Below are positions 58,636 to 64,000 of a DNA stretch of 64,000 bases, piece by piece. Under the pieces are notes generated by a model. It did not search any database. It was not told where the DNA came from and was given only the letters and a program-made list of their open reading frames with translations. A program made the translations under genes and the position numbers. Source of the DNA: an uncultured Chloroflexia bacterium (lineage in GTDB: Bacteria > Chloroflexota > Limnocylindria > Limnocylindrales > CSP1-4); NCBI GenBank assembly GCA_963713975.1, contig OY970218.1, positions 2,848,001-2,912,000 of the forward strand, written 5' to 3'. Each line of letters begins with the position of its first letter. Positions within the stretch are counted from its first letter, which is position 1.

Positions 58636-61437
58636 ATGTCCACCACGTTGCCGTCCGAGCCCGTCATCCCGTACCTGTCCGGCGCCGAGATCCGGGCTCG
58701 CTTCGTGGAGTTCTTCGCAGAGCGCGGCCACACGGTGGTTCCCAGCGCGAGCCTCGTTCCGGCGGGCGACCAGACGCTGCTGTTCACCAACTCCGGCATG
58801 GTCCAGTTCAAGGACGCCCTCACCGGGGTGGAGCGACGCGAGTACGTGCGCGCGGTCGACTACCAGCGATGTCTCCGGGTTGCCGGCAAGCACAACGACT
58901 TCGAGGAGGTTGGGCGCACCCCGCGGCATCACACGCTGTTCGAGATGCTGGGCAACTGGAGCTTCGGCGACTACTTCAAGCGCGAGGCGATCCACTGGGC
59001 ATGGCAGTTCCTCACGGGTGACCTGCAGATCCCGGCCGCACGGCTGGCGGCGACCGTCTACACCACCGATGACGTGGCGCACGCGATCTGGAAGGACGAG
59101 ATCGGCCTGCCGCCCGAGAGGCTGGTCCGCTGGGGAGACTTCCCGAATGGCGACGAGGCCAACTGGTGGCGGATGGGGGACCTCGGGCCGTCGGGTCCGT
59201 GCTCCGAGCTCCACTATGACCGCGGAGCCCACCTTGCCGAGGGACCCGAGTGCACACCGGACCACAGCGAGCACTGTCCGCGCTGGCTGGAGATCTGGAA
59301 CCTCGTGTTCATGGAGTTCGAGCTGCACCTCGACCGCAGCCTGACCCCGCTGCCCGCCCCGGGCGTGGATACGGGGCTGGGTCTCGAGCGGGTCGCGAGC
59401 GTCGTGCAGGGCGTGACCAACAACTACGACACGGACCTGTTCACGCCGATCGTCGGCCGCATGAGGGACCTCCTCGGGCACGACCCGGCCGCCTTCGAGC
59501 AGGAGCGCTTCAGCTACCAGGTGATCGCGGACCACAGCCGCGCCGTGACGTTCCTCGTGGCCGACGGCGTCCTGCCGTCCAACGAGGGCCGGGGCTACGT
59601 CCTGCGCAGGATCACGCGGCGCGCGATCCGCCACGGTCGCCTGCTCGGTCGGACCGAGCCATTCCTGGGCGAGACGGCCAAGGTCGTGATCGACACCATG
59701 GGCGAGGCGTACCCGCTGCTCGTGGAGCGCAAGGCCGAGATCCTCGGCGTCATCGAGCGCGAGGAGCGGCAGTTCAACCGCACGCTCGCCGCGGGTGTCG
59801 GGCTCCTCGAGGAGGCCCTGGTCCCGCTGACAGACGCGGAGCGCGTCGTGGGCCGGTCCCCGGAGCATCTCCCCGACGATGCGCCGGTGCTGCCCGGCGA
59901 GGTCGCGTTCCGCCTTCACGACACCTACGGCTTCCCGATCGACCTGACGGTGGAGCTCGCGGCCGAGTATGGCGTCCGCACCGACCTCGAGGGGTTCCGG
60001 ACAGCGCTCGAGGAGCAGCGCGACCGCAGCAGGACCGGGACCAAGGCGGACCTGCTCAGGACCGCCGAGCTGGCGTCGCTCTACAACGCCCTGCTGGGCC
60101 GGACCGGGACCACGGAGTTCACCGGCTACGAGGCCACGTCCGGTGACGCGACCATCGTCGCGATCCTGCGGGACGGCACCGAGTACGAGTCGCTGGAGGC
60201 CATCGCCGAGGTGGAGCTCCGTGCGGAGGCGAGCGCGACGGCGGAGATCGTCCTCGACCGCACGCCGTTCTACGCGGAGAGCGGCGGCCAGGTCGCCGAC
60301 ACGGGTGTCCTGCGCCTGGTCGACGGCACGGCCGTGTTCGAGGTGCGTGACGTCCAGCGCGTGGCCGGCACCCAGACCGCCGGACTGATCGTCCACCGCG
60401 GGGCCCTGCACGGGGCGATCCGGGTGGGTGACGTGTTGCGTGCCGAGGTCGATCCCGAACGCCGGGCCCACACGATGCGCAACCACACCGGTACCCACCT
60501 GCTGCACCGCGCCCTGCGCAACGTTGTGGGGGACCGCGCACGCCAGGCGGGCTCGCTCGTCGATCCCGACTACCTGCGCTTCGACTTCCCGTTCGACCGG
60601 GCGCTGGCCGACGAGGAGAGGACGGCCATCGAGCACGAGGTCCGCCGCGTGGTCCGCGAGGACCGGCCGGTGAGCATCGAGTGGATGACGATGGCGGAGG
60701 CTCAGGACGCGGGCGCAGACGCCTTCTTCGACGAGAAGTATGGCGAGAGGGTGCGCACCATCCGGGTCGAGGGGTTTAGCCACGAGCTGTGTGGCGGCAC
60801 CCACTGCCGCGCATCGGGCCAGGTGGGCAACTTCATCATCATCGGCGACCGCAGCATCGGGTCCGGGATGCGCCGCATCGAGGCCGTGACCGGCGTCGCC
60901 GCCGATCGGCTGATGGAGGAGCGCTTCGCCCTCCTGGACCGGGCCGCCATCGCGGTCGGGGCCCGCGGCCCGGAGGCGGTCGAGGAGCGCATCGCCACCC
61001 TCCAGGACGAGCTGCGCGACACGAAGCGGCGTCTCAAGGCCGGAGGGGCGGCAGGCGGCCCTCCGAAGGCGGCCGACCTCGCCGGGCGGGCGGTGGAGAT
61101 CGCCCCGGGCGTGCTGTTCGTGGGTGCCGCCCTGGACCTCGAGTCGATCGACGCGCTCAAGGGGCTTGCCAGGGACGTTCGTGGCTCGCTGCCGAGCGGC
61201 GTCATCGCCCTTGGCCTGGCCGCAGACGAGCCGCAGCTGTTCGTGACCGTGTCGGAGGACCTCGTGGCCCGCGGCATCGGGGCCGGCGCGCTGGTCCAGG
61301 GTGCCATCGCCGGCATCGACGGCCGGGGCGGGGGCCGGCCGCAGATGGCCCAGGGCAAGGGCACGCGAGCCGAGGGACTCGGGGACGCGATCGCGGCCGT
61401 CCGTGCGGCCGTGGCCGCGGGAGCCGGGTCCTCATGA
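58636..61437 (+). CDS. alaS: Alanine--tRNA ligase
   Basis: LFTNSGMVQFK, HHTLFEMLGNWSFGDYFK, GPCSE, EIWNLVFM, DTGLGLER, HTGTHLL, ELCGGTH. Confidence 0.97.
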   Translation: MSTTLPSEPVIPYLSGAEIRARFVEFFAERGHTVVPSASLVPAGDQTLLFTNSGMVQFKDALTGVERREYVRAVDYQRCLRVAGKHNDFEEVGRTPRHHTLFEMLGNWSFGDYFKREAIHWAWQFLTGDLQIPAARLAATVYTTDDVAHAIWKDEIGLPPERLVRWGDFPNGDEANWWRMGDLGPSGPCSELHYDRGAHLAEGPECTPDHSEHCPRWLEIWNLVFMEFELHLDRSLTPLPAPGVDTGLGLERVASVVQGVTNNYDTDLFTPIVGRMRDLLGHDPAAFEQERFSYQVIADHSRAVTFLVADGVLPSNEGRGYVLRRITRRAIRHGRLLGRTEPFLGETAKVVIDTMGEAYPLLVERKAEILGVIEREERQFNRTLAAGVGLLEEALVPLTDAERVVGRSPEHLPDDAPVLPGEVAFRLHDTYGFPIDLTVELAAEYGVRTDLEGFRTALEEQRDRSRTGTKADLLRTAELASLYNALLGRTGTTEFTGYEATSGDATIVAILRDGTEYESLEAIAEVELRAEASATAEIVLDRTPFYAESGGQVADTGVLRLVDGTAVFEVRDVQRVAGTQTAGLIVHRGALHGAIRVGDVLRAEVDPERRAHTMRNHTGTHLLHRALRNVVGDRARQAGSLVDPDYLRFDFPFDRALADEERTAIEHEVRRVVREDRPVSIEWMTMAEAQDAGADAFFDEKYGERVRTIRVEGFSHELCGGTHCRASGQVGNFIIIGDRSIGSGMRRIEAVTGVAADRLMEERFALLDRAAIAVGARGPEAVEERIATLQDELRDTKRRLKAGGAAGGPPKAADLAGRAVEIAPGVLFVGAALDLESIDALKGLARDVRGSLPSGVIALGLAADEPQLFVTVSEDLVARGIGAGALVQGAIAGIDGRGGGRPQMAQGKGTRAEGLGDAIAAVRAAVAAGAGSS

Positions 61438-61469
61438 GCCACGGCCGCCGCGTGGCAGGGGTCGCTTAG

Positions 61470-62732
61470 ATGTCCTTCCTGCGACGTCTCTGGGACCGCG
61501 ACCAGGCGCCGGTCCCCGCCGCGTGCACGGCGCTCGACATCGGCACCGAGTTCGCGAAGGCACTCGTGTTCGAGATCGACGACCAGGGCCACGGCACCGT
61601 CCGTGGAGTCGGCCGCCGGCGGCAGGGACTCAGCCACATGCAGTCGGGCACCGTCGCCGACATCGCCGCCGTCGTCGACAACTGCGCCGTCGCGCTCCAG
61701 GAGGCCGAGGAGATGGCCGGGTTCCGGCCGACCCAGGTCGTGATCGGGATCGCTGGCGAGCTCGTCAAGGGGTTCACGACGACCCTTACCCAGGAACGCA
61801 AGAAGCCCGAGGTCCCCATCAACGACGCCGAGCTGGTCAAGCTCATCGACAGCGTCCAGCGCGAGGCGCTCCAGGAGGCGGAGCGGTCGATCACCTGGGA
61901 GACGGGACTCCCGCACGTGGACGTGCGCCTCGTGCACAGCGCCATCGTCGGCGCGTCCATCGACGGCTACGGGCTCTCCAACCCGGTCGGCTTCCAAGGC
62001 CGCCACATCCGGATCGGCATCTTCAACGCCTTCGCACCCCTCGTGCACCTGGGAGCGCTGCAATCGGTGGCGAGCCAGCTGGATCTCGAGCTCCTGGAGA
62101 TCGTCGCGGAGCCGTACGCGGTGGCGCGGGTCCTGGGCGCCGAGCACGTGCGCCAGGCCGGCGCGCTGTTCGTGGACGTCGGAGGCGGGACGACAGACGT
62201 CGCGCTCGTCCGCCAGGGCGGCATCGAGGGCACGCGGATGTTCGCCCTCGGAGGCCGCGCCTTCACGAAATCGATCGCGGACCGCCTGGACCTGCCCTTC
62301 CCGCGGGCCGAGGAGCTCAAGGTGGACTACGCCCGTGGCTTCGCGATGCCGGAGCACGAAGCGGTCAAGGAGATCGTCGGTGACGACGTGGCGGTGTGGG
62401 CCGCCGGCGTGGAGCTGGTGATGGAGGAGCTCGCGGCCGGTGACATGCTCCCGTCGCGGATCCACCTTTGCGGGGGCGGATCCCGCCTGCCCGAGATCCG
62501 CGATGCCCTCGCCGCCGAGCGCTTCTGGAAGCGCCTGCCATTCGCGCGCCCGCCCGAGGTGGCGATCATGTCGCCGGGCGAGGTCGAGGCGATCTCCGAT
62601 GCCACGGAGTTGCTGGTGGACCAGCAGGACGTCACCCCGCTCGGGCTCGCCTGGCAGGCGATCGAGATCCAGACGTCGGAGGACCCACTGGACGCCGCGC
62701 TGCGCCGGGTCCTGCGGGCGATGAAGGTCTAG
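61470..62732 (+). CDS. FtsA/PilM-like actin-fold ATPase
   Basis: ALDIGTEFAK (phosphate 1), AEPYAVA, VDVGGGTTD (phosphate 2), GGRAFT, LCGGGSRLP (adenosine). Confidence 0.8.
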   Translation: MSFLRRLWDRDQAPVPAACTALDIGTEFAKALVFEIDDQGHGTVRGVGRRRQGLSHMQSGTVADIAAVVDNCAVALQEAEEMAGFRPTQVVIGIAGELVKGFTTTLTQERKKPEVPINDAELVKLIDSVQREALQEAERSITWETGLPHVDVRLVHSAIVGASIDGYGLSNPVGFQGRHIRIGIFNAFAPLVHLGALQSVASQLDLELLEIVAEPYAVARVLGAEHVRQAGALFVDVGGGTTDVALVRQGGIEGTRMFALGGRAFTKSIADRLDLPFPRAEELKVDYARGFAMPEHEAVKEIVGDDVAVWAAGVELVMEELAAGDMLPSRIHLCGGGSRLPEIRDALAAERFWKRLPFARPPEVAIMSPGEVEAISDATELLVDQQDVTPLGLAWQAIEIQTSEDPLDAALRRVLRAMKV

Positions 62733-62744
62733 GCCGGGATCGCG

Positions 62745-64000
62745 ATGGCCACGATCGTCTACCTCGACGCCGAGGACGAGATCACCACTGCTGCCACGCG
62801 GATCCGCCAGGCGGACGACGACAGGGTGGCGCTGGTGGTGCCGTTCGGGTCGCGCGTGGCGACCTCGCGGATCAACTTCCGGCTGCTCGCCCGCGAGGCG
62901 ACGGCCAACGGCCGCCGGCTCGACATCGTGGCGCCAGACGCGTCCGCCCGGGCCCTCGCCGCGTCGGCGGGGATCCCGGTCTTCGGCTCGGTCGGCGAGT
63001 ACGAGGCCGCGCTCGACCAGCCGGACGACGAGGGCAACATCGGGGTCCCGGTCGCCGTCGTCGGCGCCGGGGCGGCTGGATCCGTGGGTGCTGCCGCGGT
63101 GGCCGGCTTTGCCTCCACGTCGCGTCCGGATCCCGGCGCCGTCCCGGATCCCGGCGTGGCCGACGAGCGCGAGGCGGAGCTCGACGCCGTCGTCCACCGT
63201 GGTCGGGACGTGCCCGTGGTGAAGGCGCGGCGTCGCGCTCCCCGGGCCGGCCTTGTCGCCGGCCTGCTGATCCTTGCGGGGTCGCTGGTCGCCGCCGGCG
63301 CCGCGGCGTTCCTGTTCCTGCCCACGGCACAGATCAGCGTGACTCCCAGGATCGAACCGGTCGGACCCGTCGACCTCACCGTGCGCGCCGATCCCGCCGT
63401 GACGGCGGTCGACGAGGACGCCATGGTGATCCCCGCCCAGACGATCACGATCCCGGTCGAGGTGTCATCGGACTTCGCGGCGACCGGGAAGCGAACAGAG
63501 ACCACGGCGGCCACGGGCGGCGTCCGCTGGCGGAACTGCGATCCCTCCGCCTCCTACACCATCCCGGACGGCACCATCGTGAAGACCGCCGGTGGCATCG
63601 CGTTCACCGTCGACGAGTCCGTATTCCTGCCGGTTGCGGTCATCTCCGGAAGCGGCACGAACGTCAACCTCCGCTGCACCAACAGCGAAGTTGCCGTGAC
63701 GGCCGTCAAGCCCGGGCCCGCCGGCAACGTGGATGCGGGGACGATCCGGGTCGTCCCGGCGCGCTACAACCGGACGCTGATCACCGTGACCAATCCGTCG
63801 CCCACGACCGGAGGCGCGAAGGAGGAGTTCACGCGCGTCTCGACGAAGGACGTCGAGGACGCGCTGGCCACGCTCCAGGCGGACCTTGCAGCGCAGTTCG
63901 AGGTCGAGGTCGCGAACCCGGATCGGGTGCCTCCCGCCTCGACCGCCTTCCCGGAGACCGCGGTCCTCGGCGAGGCCACCCCCACCGTCGACCCGACGAC
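62745..64000 (+). CDS. Membrane-anchored baseplate J/gp47-like protein, 3'-truncated
   Basis: Own translation (absent from ORF track because there is no stop): MATIVYLDAEDEITTAATRIRQ...VALVVP...INFRLLAR, TM GLVAGLLILAGSLVAAGAAAFLFLP, then ATGGVRWRN..TIPDGTIV..F..VTAVKPGPAGNVDAGTI..VTNPSPTTGG. Confidence 0.75.
   Translation, partial: MATIVYLDAEDEITTAATRIRQADDDRVALVVPFGSRVATSRINFRLLAREATANGRRLDIVAPDASARALAASAGIPVFGSVGEYEAALDQPDDEGNIGVPVAVVGAGAAGSVGAAAVAGFASTSRPDPGAVPDPGVADEREAELDAVVHRGRDVPVVKARRRAPRAGLVAGLLILAGSLVAAGAAAFLFLPTAQISVTPRIEPVGPVDLTVRADPAVTAVDEDAMVIPAQTITIPVEVSSDFAATGKRTETTAATGGVRWRNCDPSASYTIPDGTIVKTAGGIAFTVDESVFLPVAVISGSGTNVNLRCTNSEVAVTAVKPGPAGNVDAGTIRVVPARYNRTLITVTNPSPTTGGAKEEFTRVSTKDVEDALATLQADLAAQFEVEVANPDRVPPASTAFPETAVLGEATPTVDPT

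Noticed and set aside
62745-64000. Baseplate-J-like gene as evidence of a prophage
   Set aside because: It has a TM anchor and cytoplasmic domain, and no phage genes occur in the window; downstream context is unseen

Overview
High-GC bacterial chromosomal window, mostly core genes on the + strand. Gene content and order suggest Chloroflexota, probably Limnocylindria-like (inference, not a database result). Order: flotillin (5'-truncated), tRNA-Met, ftsH, M20 dipeptidase, a stand-alone DnaB-C-type ATPase, ppa, thpR, trpB2, Zn-ribbon protein, tyrA, NUDIX, nfeD-SPFH-hydrolase, DUF2252 bracketed by IS630 debris, REC-CpaE ATPase, comM-dprA, Ig/CAP protein, topA-xerC, murJ-femAB-femAB-murE, rel, MFS/merR, hisS-aspS, a FtsX-type ABC system, typA, a 4x YbaY surface protein, iscS-mnmA, alaS, and an FtsA-like actin ATPase plus a membrane-anchored baseplate-J-like protein (3'-truncated). 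No CRISPR array, rRNA or intact prophage is visible. Best leads: (1) the non-phage FtsA-like/baseplate-J-like pair; (2) a Zn-ribbon protein with ERRxx(D/E)RR repeats; (3) the orphan DnaB-C ATPase; (4) a 200-bp internally deleted IS630 element; (5) a rod-like candidate ncRNA after typA; (6) pervasive leaderless promoters; (7) a permease-ATPase fusion that a single extra T would explain. All family calls come from motif recognition by eye.
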